From positions 1 to 52,844 of the IMG/VR virus record IMGVR_UViG_3300010371_000010: 52,844 nt of DNA; one strand, given 5' to 3'. Under the pieces are notes generated by a model. It was given only the letters and a program-made list of their open reading frames with translations, made no database searches and was not told the origin of the DNA. The DNA comes from a virus (lineage: Duplodnaviria > Caudoviricetes). Every line of letters begins with the position of its first letter. Positions within the stretch are counted from its first letter, which is position 1. The position numbers were made by a program, and so were the translations under genes. This document shows, piece by piece, positions 19,054 to 28,174 of this stretch.

Positions 19054-19608
19054 CTATGCGGCATCTTGTTTCGAGAGGGCCTGGGCCAGCTCGGTAAAGC
19101 TCTTGAGCGTCTTCTTGGCCCTGCGCTTGGCCGCCTCGGTCAGGGCCGTCTCTCGCGTCAGATCGAATGTCCCCGCGTCCTCCATAGCCCGAAGCTCGGC
19201 GATGCTGATGCTCTGGTCGCGCTGGCGGTTGGTGCGTTCGAACTCGGGATCGGGAGCGCCATAGGCGATCTGGACAGGGGCTCCAGAGACGCCGAGAATG
19301 CCCACAACGCCGTCAATGGCGTGGACGGCAGGGAATGGGTAGTCCCCATGCCTGTCGCGCTCCAGGCCCACGAACAGATAGCCGGGCAGGAGGGCAAGCT
19401 TGAAGCGGTCGCGGCGCAGGCGGCTGGTGCGCCAGCGGGTTTCGGCCGGGCAATAGGCCACGATCCGGTTCTCTGCCAGGCCGTCGACAATGGCGAACTC
19501 GGTCCTGTGCGTACACTGCACCACGAACCAGGCCAGGGTTTCTGGACTCGCCTCCGTCTTCCCGCCGTCGATCACTGTAAGCTCCTGGAATCGGGTGTGG
19601 ATGGTCAT
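19054..19608 (-). CDS. NusG/RfaH-family (NGN domain) late antiterminator
   Basis: WFVVQC...E......L....AYCP...LLPGYLFV...IDGVVGIL; occupies the lambda Q position. Confidence 0.85.
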   Translation of the reverse strand: MTIHTRFQELTVIDGGKTEASPETLAWFVVQCTHRTEFAIVDGLAENRIVAYCPAETRWRTSRLRRDRFKLALLPGYLFVGLERDRHGDYPFPAVHAIDGVVGILGVSGAPVQIAYGAPDPEFERTNRQRDQSISIAELRAMEDAGTFDLTRETALTEAAKRRAKKTLKSFTELAQALSKQDAA

Positions 19609-19682
19609 TTGGATTCAAGAGGTTGAGGGCATCCCAGGGGCGTCATGGGCGTGGGTTCTGCACTGGAGGGGCAGGTCATCGG

Positions 19683-20363
19683 CTACTCCGCAGCCAGCAG
19701 TGAGCCCTGGATGGGCTTGGGCGCGGGCTCTTCGAATAGGCGGGGCTGCTTGTAGGCCTCTTCGATCCGGCGGCAGGCGGTGTCGAAGTAGTCGGCCTCT
19801 CGTTCGATGCCGATAAACTGGCGATCTGTCAGGGCGCACGCCACGCCGGTCGTTCCGCTACCCATGAAGGGGTCGAGTATGCGGGACGCGCCCGGCAGGA
19901 AGCCAAGCGACCACATCATAACTTCGACCGGCTTCTGTGTCGGGTGAAGGCCGCCCTTGCCCTTCGGGCAGCACGTGAACTCCCGCAGTGCGCGGTCGAG
20001 GCTGGTCCAAGCAAGCTCGCCGTCGGCGAAATCGCCGCCCATTAGCTTTTGCCAATACAACCAGCCCTTGGATGGCGGAAGCAGGTCGGCGAAGTAGTTG
20101 CCGCCCCAAATGATCTGGTGATCACTGACGGCCAGCATCCACTCGAAAACGCGACGGTCTGGGCGTTCGCGATCCCAGCTCTTCTTCGCCTGAACCTTGA
20201 TCCTTTGCCCTAGTCGTCCGCGAAATTTCCCGCCATCTTCACCAATCCCATACGGCGGATCGGTCACAACGGCGTCTACCCTTCCGACCGTCTCCGCCAC
20301 GGCGCGGCAGTCGGCGAGGATTAGCCTGCAGTCGCCGATGATCTCAGTACGGAACCTGCTCAT
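19683..20363 (-). CDS. DNA amino-methyltransferase (N6/N4, beta class)
   Basis: TDPPYG, HPTQKP, LDPFMGSGTT. Confidence 0.93.
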   Translation of the reverse strand: MSRFRTEIIGDCRLILADCRAVAETVGRVDAVVTDPPYGIGEDGGKFRGRLGQRIKVQAKKSWDRERPDRRVFEWMLAVSDHQIIWGGNYFADLLPPSKGWLYWQKLMGGDFADGELAWTSLDRALREFTCCPKGKGGLHPTQKPVEVMMWSLGFLPGASRILDPFMGSGTTGVACALTDRQFIGIEREADYFDTACRRIEEAYKQPRLFEEPAPKPIQGSLLAAE

Positions 20364-20652
20364 CTTCGTCTCGATACGTGCTGCCCCAGGATCGGCGGTC
20401 CAGCATCTCCGCCAGCCAAGCGACGGCTGCCGCTCCCTGAACTGCGATCACATTCGGCGCTCTCGCCATCTGGCCGGCGATCCTCTCGGAGTGCATCTGC
20501 TTGACCTCGATGTGGAGGTCGGCGGCGGGGAGGTAGAAGTCGAGGCCAGTCGGGTTGCCTCCGCCTTCCCCGGTGACGAAGCGGATGCCGGCGAGGTCCA
20601 GTGCTTGGGCGACCTGTTCCTCGAGTGGATCGTGAAGGGGTTTGCGGGTCAT
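20344..20652 (-). CDS. Small PD-(D/E)xK-like protein
   Basis: LDFYLP..DLHIEVK motif. Confidence 0.5.
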   Translation of the reverse strand: MTRKPLHDPLEEQVAQALDLAGIRFVTGEGGGNPTGLDFYLPAADLHIEVKQMHSERIAGQMARAPNVIAVQGAAAVAWLAEMLDRRSWGSTYRDEDEQVPY

Positions 20653-20864
20653 GCTTGCTTCCCCGCCGATCTCCACGCGCCTGGCGGGATCTGATTGACC
20701 TCGCGCCAAAGCGGCCGGCGGCTTTCGTAGAGGTCGCGCTTCGCCTGCGCCTCAAGCGGGTTCAGCATCTCCACCATCGGAACAGGCTGGCGGCAGACCG
20801 TGCATTGCGGGCCACAAGGCAGGCCGGGGACATACGCAGCAGCCGGAGGGGAAACGGCGATCAT
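20649..20864 (-). CDS. Hypothetical protein with CxxC
   Basis: Strong SD and ATGA coupling to the downstream gene. Confidence 0.5.
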   Translation of the reverse strand: MIAVSPPAAAYVPGLPCGPQCTVCRQPVPMVEMLNPLEAQAKRDLYESRRPLWREVNQIPPGAWRSAGKQA

Positions 20865-21381
20865 CGGACCCCTCCCCGGCTCGCGCGAAATTTTTTGGGA
20901 TAGGCCGCCGCCGCAGAAAATAAGCGGTCGAAATCGGCCCGCTTGGGTTTTGAGGGTGCCTGGAGGGCTACTCCAAGGTCAGCGCCTCTGCCCCTTCTAC
21001 CCATCCTGCTCTTTGGTGAGACCTTTCGCGAGAGGGCATAGGACCACTCCCCGACTGAGCCTGAACGGCTCGCATCGAGGGCGGTCCCGCACCTTCGGCG
21101 ATGTTGATCTGCTCTCCGGAGCCGACCCCCCGCTTCAGGGCGCCCGCCACCCGACACGGGGCGAGCTTGGCAGCTGCTTTCGACGCTGTGTCGCGCCGGC
21201 GGCGGGGCCTCTGCCGTTCGGACTGCCCCTGGCTCTGCCGCTTCCCACGGTTGCCAATCCACCTGAGCCGCCGCCGTTTTCCGACCGGTCGCAGGGCCTC
21301 GCAGACTCACGGCGAGGACGCAGCCGAATCCTATCGCGCTTCGTGCGCTGGGCAAGCTGAAAGTTCCTGTCCTGTTCACGT

Positions 21382-21990
21382 TTAGTTGGCCCTTCGTGAC
21401 ACGCCGAGGCCAGCGGCGAGGTCTTTCATCGCCGCCGCCATTTCCGCCCGTCGTTCTGGTGAAATCGCCGCTGGTGGCGTCGCGCCCTCAAGGCAAGCGA
21501 CGCCGACCGCGGCGGGAATAAGAACTCTCTGCTCTGTAGGAGCAGAGTTCTTATTCCTTCTGGTTCTGGTTCTGGTTATGTCGGCAATTGCTTCGTTTTT
21601 CGATAGCAAAATTGAAGCATTTGCTTCGTCGGATTTTCCCTTCTTTTTCCGACGGTTGACACCACTTTTGACCCCTCCGGCCTTTCCGGCTTGGCGTCTT
21701 TTTGCTACAGTTTCTTCGTACTTTTTGACCTCGTTTCGCAAACGCTTGTGCGAAAGGTAAGCGCCCCTCTTGATGAACAGCGCAACCACGTCCGGGCCGA
21801 TCTCCGACCAACGCCGTTCCGAAAGGCCGACGATGCGTGCGAGCTTGGTGGCGTCGTTGGGGAGCGTGCCGCCAGCTCGCCACATGGCGCGCACAAGCCG
21901 TCCGTATGCGCCGTCCTGCTCACAGGTCAGCGCCTGCGTGTCAGCCGTCCACTCGGCGACGTACAGCTTCATGTACGGGGGGGCGCTCAC
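21382..21990 (-). CDS. DUF1376/YdaU-family replication initiator
   Basis: PYMKLYVAEWTADT..L..EQDGAY..L...W...GTLP.D...LARI...HKRL. Confidence 0.88.
   Translation of the reverse strand: MSAPPYMKLYVAEWTADTQALTCEQDGAYGRLVRAMWRAGGTLPNDATKLARIVGLSERRWSEIGPDVVALFIKRGAYLSHKRLRNEVKKYEETVAKRRQAGKAGGVKSGVNRRKKKGKSDEANASILLSKNEAIADITRTRTRRNKNSAPTEQRVLIPAAVGVACLEGATPPAAISPERRAEMAAAMKDLAAGLGVSRRAN
21558..21630. promoter_or_regulatory. Candidate replication origin inside the initiator gene
   Basis: AT-rich patch with (TTCTGG)3 and direct repeats GCAWTTGCTTCG at 21584 and 21617. Confidence 0.45.
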
Positions 21991-22325
21991 TTCAGGCCGT
22001 CCTTGGTCTTCGGCAAGCCGAACTCGCGCCACGCCTTCAAATCGGCCTCAGCAGCGTTGTGGGTCCGCACGCCATGCATGACGGTCGTATGATCGCGGCC
22101 GAAGTAGCGGCCGATGGCGGTAAGGGACTGAGACGTTTCAGCCCGCATCCTGGCCATCGCCTCCTGCCGCGGATGCGCGACCTTGAAGCCCCTCGCAGGG
22201 CCTCTAAGCTCCTCGACCGTCAGGCCGTGCTTGGCGGCGACTTCGGCGGCGATTTGGGCCATCGTCGGCCCACGCCGGATGGCAAGTTCGCCGCGCCAGA
22301 GGGAGACGGCATACTCCACCGTCAT
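21987..22325 (-). CDS. Stand-alone DnaA C-terminal (domain IV) HTH protein
   Basis: VAHPRQEAM....TSQSLTAIGRYFGRDHTTVMHG. Confidence 0.88.
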   Translation of the reverse strand: MTVEYAVSLWRGELAIRRGPTMAQIAAEVAAKHGLTVEELRGPARGFKVAHPRQEAMARMRAETSQSLTAIGRYFGRDHTTVMHGVRTHNAAEADLKAWREFGLPKTKDGLK

Positions 22326-22549
22326 CGCGCCGCCCCCAACGCCGTGAGACAAACCCCGCCCGTAGCCTTCAGCCCATGCCTGGCGACGTTCAGTTGAACA
22401 GCCCAATGCAGGATGGAGATGGTCGAGCCGTCCCGATCCTCTGGGCTTCGGCTGAAGTCTCGCATGGCCCGGCAAAGGGCTTGAAACGCATCGCCTTCGG
22501 GATCGAGGGCCTTTGGCTCTACATCACAGGGGAGGTCTGAGGCGGTCAC
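22322..22549 (-). CDS. Hypothetical protein
   Basis: GTGA and ATGA coupled on both sides. Confidence 0.5.
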   Translation of the reverse strand: MTASDLPCDVEPKALDPEGDAFQALCRAMRDFSRSPEDRDGSTISILHWAVQLNVARHGLKATGGVCLTALGAAR

Positions 22550-22923
22550 TGGGCCAGCCCCGAAAGGAACTCGGGAGAGACACGGTAGCCGCGACCCCAA
22601 ACGTTCTTGATGCTTTCGAAGCCAATCGCCTTGCGAATATGGCAGACGAGGACTCCGATCATCTCGAAGTCGGTGATCTTGGACCCGCGCTCTTCCAGCA
22701 GCATGACCAGGGCGGCCTTTTCGACCGTGCGCCCGTGGGCGGCCACAAGGGCGCTCAAGACAATGGCCTGCGTGTTCGTGAGGCCGAATTTGTCCCTCAG
22801 AGCGATGAGCTGGTTCTGATCTACTTCCATCGCCAACTGGCGCTTGAGGTAGGTGTTTTCTTCTTCCAGCTCGGCGATGCGCTGAACGTCGTCGGGAGCG
22901 CGGGATTGGTGGGCGGCGCTCAT
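22546..22923 (-). CDS. Receiver-less OmpR/CtrA-type winged-helix protein
   Basis: IGVLVCHIRKAIG..IKNVWGRGY resembles the CtrA C-terminus; N-terminal coiled coil replaces the receiver domain. Confidence 0.75.
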   Translation of the reverse strand: MSAAHQSRAPDDVQRIAELEEENTYLKRQLAMEVDQNQLIALRDKFGLTNTQAIVLSALVAAHGRTVEKAALVMLLEERGSKITDFEMIGVLVCHIRKAIGFESIKNVWGRGYRVSPEFLSGLAQ

Positions 22924-23426
22924 GCGGCGTACCTCCGAACCGACCGGGCAAGATCGCTTGCGGACGAAGTCGGGACAAAAGCCCTCTTGGCATGCGCCTG
23001 GCAGTAGGGGCCGGGTTCGATCTTGCGGGCGCCGCAGAAGTGGAAATCAGGGTCGTTTGTGTCGCCGATGGGCCAGCGGCAGTGGTGGGCCTTGAGATCC
23101 ACCATGACGACTGGAGTCGGAGACGTGGGCTCGGGGGCGAAGGTGGTCGGCGGCCGGACGATGCCCGGCGGCGGCGGTTCGATAGCGAAAGTGACCTTGC
23201 GGGTTCGCCGAGCGCTGTTCGGGTTGCCCTTATCTCGCGGCGCCTTGGGCCGCGGATGAGAGCCTTTCGCTCCTGCAACGCCTAGGCGGGTCAATTTGCC
23301 GATGACGCCGCTGCGGGTCGCGCCGTTTTTGAGTTGGTCCGCGATCTGCCCGGCACTCTTGCCCTCGATCCAAAGGCGCTTGGCCGTTTGGGTCCGCTCA
23401 TCGCTCCATATGTCGTCTCTGATCAT
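22920..23426 (-). CDS. gcrA: GcrA-family cell-cycle regulator
   Basis: WSDER....KRLW.EG.SAGQIA..L...TRSGVIGKL.RLG and CRWPIGD....FHFCG.....PYC..H. Confidence 0.93.
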   Translation of the reverse strand: MIRDDIWSDERTQTAKRLWIEGKSAGQIADQLKNGATRSGVIGKLTRLGVAGAKGSHPRPKAPRDKGNPNSARRTRKVTFAIEPPPPGIVRPPTTFAPEPTSPTPVVMVDLKAHHCRWPIGDTNDPDFHFCGARKIEPGPYCQAHAKRAFVPTSSASDLARSVRRYAA

Positions 23427-23638
23427 GCCTGCGCCCCCCAAAGGCGCTTCCGGTTCTGGCGGAGTTGAAGGATCGTTAGTTGACGAAGGCGGGCGTCCAT
23501 TTCGGAGATCGGCCGGTATAGGGCGCGGGCCTCGGCGATCTTCTTGATGAGGGCTTCACGCTCCTCGGCGATCTCGGCCGGCGTCGGCGGGAAAAGGAGA
23601 TCGAGGAGGCGGAGGAAGAAGGCTCTCAAACCGCTCAT
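23423..23638 (-). CDS. Hypothetical protein
   Basis: ATGA-coupled in the operon. Confidence 0.55.
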   Translation of the reverse strand: MSGLRAFFLRLLDLLFPPTPAEIAEEREALIKKIAEARALYRPISEMDARLRQLTILQLRQNRKRLWGAQA

Positions 23639-24003
23639 GACAGCTTGATCTCCTTGCCGGTCAGGGCCAGGAACAGCTTTGCCTTCAGCGCCCACTCGGG
23701 CGTCATGTGGCCCTTGAAGTCCTCGTAGACGGGCTCGCCGGCGCGGTTGCGGTAGACGAAGTCGAGGACCATCGTCGTCACCAACCGGCCATTGACCTTC
23801 AGCGGATACGGCTGCTGGCGACGCAGTTCGGATATCTCGCCCGCGCGCTCCAGGAGCTTCAGTTCGCCCCAGCGCCGAGCCTCGCCAGCACTGGCGAATG
23901 ACACGCCGTCGACCTTCGTCCGGCGATTGCCGTACTTGTTCCGCTTCGTCTCGCGCTGCAGCAAAGCTCGGAAGTCAGATGCGGTGATCGACGCCCCCGA
24001 CAT
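23635..24003 (-). CDS. DUF1064-family putative endonuclease
   Basis: NKYGNRRT.VDG..FAS..EA.RW.EL...DFVY...EDFKG. Confidence 0.85.
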   Translation of the reverse strand: MSGASITASDFRALLQRETKRNKYGNRRTKVDGVSFASAGEARRWGELKLLERAGEISELRRQQPYPLKVNGRLVTTMVLDFVYRNRAGEPVYEDFKGHMTPEWALKAKLFLALTGKEIKLS

Positions 24004-24159
24004 TGCGCGCTCTCTCCGGCTACTCACTGAGCAGATGCCGTCTGCCCTCGGTCTCGATTGTGGATGCGCGATGTTGTCTCGCGCTGTCCGGTAGGATTCA
24101 GGGCGTCCCGGTGCTTCGGACTTCGTCCTTCGCTCCCGATTGCATTCGTTGAACGCGGC

Positions 24160-25236
24160 TCATGCGGCCACCTCGGCGAACATGCCCGCGTCCTTCTCGA
24201 TCCGCCGGCGAGCCATCGCCGCGTATTCGGGATTGAGCTCGATCAGCGTCGCGTCGCGGCCCAGGCGGTCGGCTACGAGGCCAGTCGTGCCAGCGCCCCC
24301 AAAGGGGTCCAGCACGGCGCCGCCCTTGGGGCAGCCAGCCAGGATGCACGGCTCGATCAGTTCAGGCGGATAGGTGGCGAAATGGGCTTCGCTGAACGGC
24401 TGTGTGGCGACAGTCCAAACGGAACGGCGGTTGCGCGTGCCTAGGTCGGTCGGGTCCGCCGCGCGCTCGCGTTCGGAATAGGCCACGAGTCCGACTTTCG
24501 TCCGATGCTCTGCGGCCCCGGCCTCATATGCGGAAGCGCCCTTGTGGCTCTTGTTGCCGGGCGTGCGGCGCTTGCCCAGTCGGGCGTTGTCGGTGTCTCC
24601 GCCAACGTAGCAGCCGCCCCGGAAACCGTTCGCGTCCTCGTGCTGTGCGCGGGCTTCCGCAATGGCTTCCGCATCGAAGTGGTAGCGTGCCGACTTGGAA
24701 AGCAGGAACAGATACTCGTGCGCCTTGGTGCAGCGGTCGCGCACGCTCTCGGGCATGGGATTGGGCTTGGCCCAGATGATGTCCTGGCGCAGAAACCAAC
24801 CATCAGCCTGCAGCGCAAAGGCCACCCGCCAGGGAATGCCGATCAAGTCCTTGGGTTTAAGCCCCGGCGTGTTCTTCAGGCTGCCGGTCTGCGTGCGCTT
24901 CGGATGCGCTTCGATCTGCCGAGCGGAGAGCATGGAGCCGCCCTCCAGGTTGCCGGGCGTATCACTTCCGCGGCTTTGGGCACCCCATGATCCGGCGTAG
25001 CTGTCTCCCAAGTTCAGCCAGAGCGTGCCGTCAAACCGCAGCACGCGACGAACCTCGCGGAACACGCTAACCATTTGAGCGACAAAGGCTTCCGGTGTAT
25101 CCTCGAGCCCAATCTGGCCGTTCGTTCCATAGTCGCGGAGGCCGAAATAGGGAGGGCTCGTCACACAGGTGTTGAAGGCCCCATCGGGCAGTTCACGCAG
25201 GACGTTCCGGCAGTCGCCTTCGATGACTCGGATCAC
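24160..25236 (-). CDS. DNA amino-methyltransferase (SPPY, probably N4-cytosine)
   Basis: TSPPYFG, WLNLGDSY, WAKPNPMPES, HFATYP, LDPFGGAGTT. Confidence 0.94.
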   Translation of the reverse strand: MIRVIEGDCRNVLRELPDGAFNTCVTSPPYFGLRDYGTNGQIGLEDTPEAFVAQMVSVFREVRRVLRFDGTLWLNLGDSYAGSWGAQSRGSDTPGNLEGGSMLSARQIEAHPKRTQTGSLKNTPGLKPKDLIGIPWRVAFALQADGWFLRQDIIWAKPNPMPESVRDRCTKAHEYLFLLSKSARYHFDAEAIAEARAQHEDANGFRGGCYVGGDTDNARLGKRRTPGNKSHKGASAYEAGAAEHRTKVGLVAYSERERAADPTDLGTRNRRSVWTVATQPFSEAHFATYPPELIEPCILAGCPKGGAVLDPFGGAGTTGLVADRLGRDATLIELNPEYAAMARRRIEKDAGMFAEVAA

Positions 25237-25757
25237 GGCCGAGCCCTCCGGCCCGGCGCCGCAGTCAGTGGGCCTTCAGAGCCTCCAGGTTCTTGGCCGC
25301 CCAGAGCTTCGCCCGAAGTGCTGGCAAAGCCGCCCAAGCGATGGGGGTCGCGATCAGCCAAACGAGGATCGAAAGACCTAAGAGCCACCAGTTCGGCTTG
25401 GCGGCAGGCGCGTTCATATTCGGCGGCCTGTTCGATTTCATTTCGAGCCCTCGCGGCCTCTTGGGAGAAGAAGTCTCCTACACCATGGCCAACAACGGCC
25501 CCCAGCACCGGGAGGATCACGTTCCAGCCGCCTGCCCGCCAGACATCGTCCAGCGTCCGGGTTGAGGGATTTCCCTCAATGACGCTTCGCGCCTGTTCCG
25601 GCGTCAGGCCAAATTCCGCCTCTACAGCCTTGCGCCTGCCGGTCGGCCAGCGTCTGGCGCAGTAGATGGCCAGCGCCTCTTTCGTGGGGCGATTTAGGCC
25701 AAGAATGGGGCGATCTCCGCGCCCCCGACCAATGATGTCCATCGTTGTCACGCTCAT
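25233..25757 (-). CDS. Phage regulatory protein (CII-like position), tentative
   Basis: HTH-like segment KAVEAEFGLTPEQARSVIEG; operon position. Confidence 0.45.
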   Translation of the reverse strand: MSVTTMDIIGRGRGDRPILGLNRPTKEALAIYCARRWPTGRRKAVEAEFGLTPEQARSVIEGNPSTRTLDDVWRAGGWNVILPVLGAVVGHGVGDFFSQEAARARNEIEQAAEYERACRQAELVALRSFDPRLADRDPHRLGGFASTSGEALGGQEPGGSEGPLTAAPGRRARP

Positions 25758-26031
25758 ATTGCTGACCGTGACGATGGAGATGGACGGCCGTGCAGACCGG
25801 AGAGAAACTGATCCTCGTTGCCATTCAGCGGGCGGCCCTTGCCGGGGCTTACCGTGAAGTCGGAGCCATGGACCCGGCTTGCCGGCCGGGCATGGAAAAG
25901 CTCGCAGACAGGGCGCACGCGGAATCCGCCGCCGCCCTGAACGAATGGTGCAACACCCCGAGGATGGGCCTGGCAGTAGATGGTTGCCAGGGCATCCGGG
26001 GGGGAGATGGAAGGTGAGTTCTGGGCTTGGC

Positions 26032-26946
26032 TCATGCGGCCTGCTCCAGAGGGAGCCACGCCTTGCCGATCCAGTGGGCGAGCGTGAAAGGTATCTTGGC
26101 GATCTTGGCGGAGGCGGCCTTGCGCTTGAGGCTTCCCGAAGAGGTTCCCGGCTTCTTCCAACCGAAAGCGGCAGGGTGATCGCGCTCGTAGCCCTCAGAC
26201 CCTTTCACACCTTCCGGGGCCTTCTGAGCCTCGGGCAAACGGCCGTCCGGGTTCCGACCCTTTCCGCTCGTGGTGTTGTGGGCGATATTGAACCACGAGC
26301 CGCCGGTATTTTTGATGTGCTCGTTGACCGCGGCGGTTTGGAAGCTGCGCCCAGAGCCATCGAACCTGAAGCCGGATACCTTGCGAGCCGGAGCTCTCGG
26401 CATCAGCGCGGGCAGATCGCCCCAGAGATAGTAGGAGCCGAAGTTGGCCTTGGCGCGGCCGACCCAGGGCTGGGCGCCGCGCACGTTCTCGACCACGAGC
26501 GGGATATATCGGCCAGCGGCCTCGCTGGCTTCGCGCTGGATGCGGAACTGAGCCCAGAACAGGGCCATGCCCAGCTCCGGCGGCCCGAGAGCCTTCGCCC
26601 GCTTCCAGGGCATCGCCCGGTAGCTGAACTCCTGGCAGGGCGAGGAGCCGACGATCAGTTCGGCGTCCTTGAACTGCGAGCCGTGGAGCGTGAGCACGTC
26701 CTGGAGCACCAGGCTGAAATGCTCGGGCGGCAGGGGCTCGCCGAGCTTGGCGCTCATGTCCTCGATGTCGAAGCCGATCACGCGCCAGCCTGCCGCGATC
26801 AGGCCCTCAGTCCAGCCGTGAAGGCCGGTATAGAGGTCGATGGCAAGTGGTCGCTCCAATGATTGTTGCGCGCCTTCCCGTGGTCCTCCGGCGCGCTGGA
26901 GGTTTGGAGCCGGGGGGGCTTCCACGGGAATGGGGAGGGAGGTCAT
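26032..26946 (-). CDS. DNA cytosine-C5 methyltransferase-like protein
   Basis: AIDLYTGLHGW (variant motif I), SSPCQEFS (IV), VVENV (VI). Confidence 0.85.
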   Translation of the reverse strand: MTSLPIPVEAPPAPNLQRAGGPREGAQQSLERPLAIDLYTGLHGWTEGLIAAGWRVIGFDIEDMSAKLGEPLPPEHFSLVLQDVLTLHGSQFKDAELIVGSSPCQEFSYRAMPWKRAKALGPPELGMALFWAQFRIQREASEAAGRYIPLVVENVRGAQPWVGRAKANFGSYYLWGDLPALMPRAPARKVSGFRFDGSGRSFQTAAVNEHIKNTGGSWFNIAHNTTSGKGRNPDGRLPEAQKAPEGVKGSEGYERDHPAAFGWKKPGTSSGSLKRKAASAKIAKIPFTLAHWIGKAWLPLEQAA

Positions 26947-27230
26947 GCGGCCTCGCGGTCCCAGGCCGCTTTGATGGCCACAAACGTGCTCGGCACGTCG
27001 CGGAACTGCCGACGCAGGCTGTCAAAGAACTCCTCGGTAGCGGCGCCAAACGAGTCGAAAAACGCAACGCCGACGGCCACAAGTCCGAGAGACGCGCAGA
27101 GCAGGAGATAGCCCAGCGCGACGACGATCAGCGCGGGGCGCCGAAGCCATTTCGGATGAATGTCCCGGATCGTGAAGCGGGGCCGCTTTCCCCCCCTCCC
27201 CGTCCTAGGTGTGATGGAGCCCCGATCCAT
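26943..27230 (-). CDS. Small membrane protein
   Basis: Long hydrophobic segment; ATGA coupling. Confidence 0.55.
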   Translation of the reverse strand: MDRGSITPRTGRGGKRPRFTIRDIHPKWLRRPALIVVALGYLLLCASLGLVAVGVAFFDSFGAATEEFFDSLRRQFRDVPSTFVAIKAAWDREAA

Positions 27231-27341
27231 GGCTAAACCGGATTCAGGGTGAACGGGTGGATACCAAGGGGGGCGGAATAAGCTTGGCCGTGGACGCGGC
27301 TGTTAATCTCCGGTTCAGAACTGTAACCGTCGATTGTCGGC

Positions 27342-27635
27342 ATGGTTGCAGACGACAACAAACACCCGGACGGCCTGCCTGCACCCGATCCCGCGCTGCA
27401 GTTGTTCTGCGCGTTCCTGGTGGCCTGGGGACCGGAATTGAAGCCCAAGGCCCGAGAGCGGGTGTTCCGGCGGCTCACGCTGCTCCTGGACCCCACCAAG
27501 CCCCAGGTGGTGCATATCCGGCCCCGATCCCAGCAAGAGGCGGTGAACGCCATGCGACGGCTCACAGCCGCATACTGGAGGGCCGTAGAACCGGAGATCA
27601 GGAGGCTGGTGGAGTTGGGGGACCGGGCCATTTAG
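27342..27635 (+). CDS. Hypothetical protein (antisense to the operon)
   Basis: Fills the intergenic gap; plausible composition. Confidence 0.45.
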   Translation: MVADDNKHPDGLPAPDPALQLFCAFLVAWGPELKPKARERVFRRLTLLLDPTKPQVVHIRPRSQQEAVNAMRRLTAAYWRAVEPEIRRLVELGDRAI

Positions 27636-28174
27636 GCTGCGTCCGCGCTGACTTCGGCGGAAGCCGGAAGCCTCAGATACGAGGGAACCTCCCCGCGATA
27701 GACGCGCTTCGCCATTTCGAAGCGGCCATAGAAGCTACGCGGCAAGCGGTAGTCGGCATGGACGGTCCCGAGGGACGCGACCTTGTAGCCGAGCGCGGAC
27801 GCAACTCCCTCGCGCGATCCGAAGAACGCGATGGCTTCTCTCACGAGGCCGGGCGCCACGCCGCGAGACGAGTCCGCCATCCACTCCCGTTCTTCCGGAA
27901 GCCAAGCGAGATCGCCACGGTCAGTCGCTTCGGCAATCACGCGCCAAATCCGCACGTCCGGCGCGAACCATTCACTGGCGTTCCAAAGACGCTCGCGGAA
28001 CAGCCACTTGAGCGCAGACTCCCGGACCATGCTGCCGGGGATCGACGTGAGCATTTCGATGCCAGACGGCGACCAGCCATCCAGGCCCTGGATACGCGCT
28101 ACCGGATTGGCGCTCGTACCGACCTTGATCGGGCCACCACCTTTGGGCTGCGCAAAGTAGACGACAGGGCTCAT
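27632..28174 (-). CDS. GIY-YIG (T5orf172-like) domain fused to a Cro-like HTH
   Basis: VVYF....GPIKVGTS.NP.AR...EWF; C-terminal AIAFFGSREGVASALG. Confidence 0.7.
   Translation of the reverse strand: MSPVVYFAQPKGGGPIKVGTSANPVARIQGLDGWSPSGIEMLTSIPGSMVRESALKWLFRERLWNASEWFAPDVRIWRVIAEATDRGDLAWLPEEREWMADSSRGVAPGLVREAIAFFGSREGVASALGYKVASLGTVHADYRLPRSFYGRFEMAKRVYRGEVPSYLRLPASAEVSADAA

Noticed and set aside
19683-20363. CcrM orthologue
   Set aside because: It is beta-class but short (226 aa), lacks the CcrM C-terminal domain, and its specificity cannot be read from sequence.
25790-26017. Plus-strand 75-aa ORF in the gap between minus-strand genes
   Set aside because: Plausible but has no motif or clear start signal; left unannotated.
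27303-27317. CtrA box (TTAA-N7-TTCA)
   Set aside because: A single imperfect match is not enough on its own.
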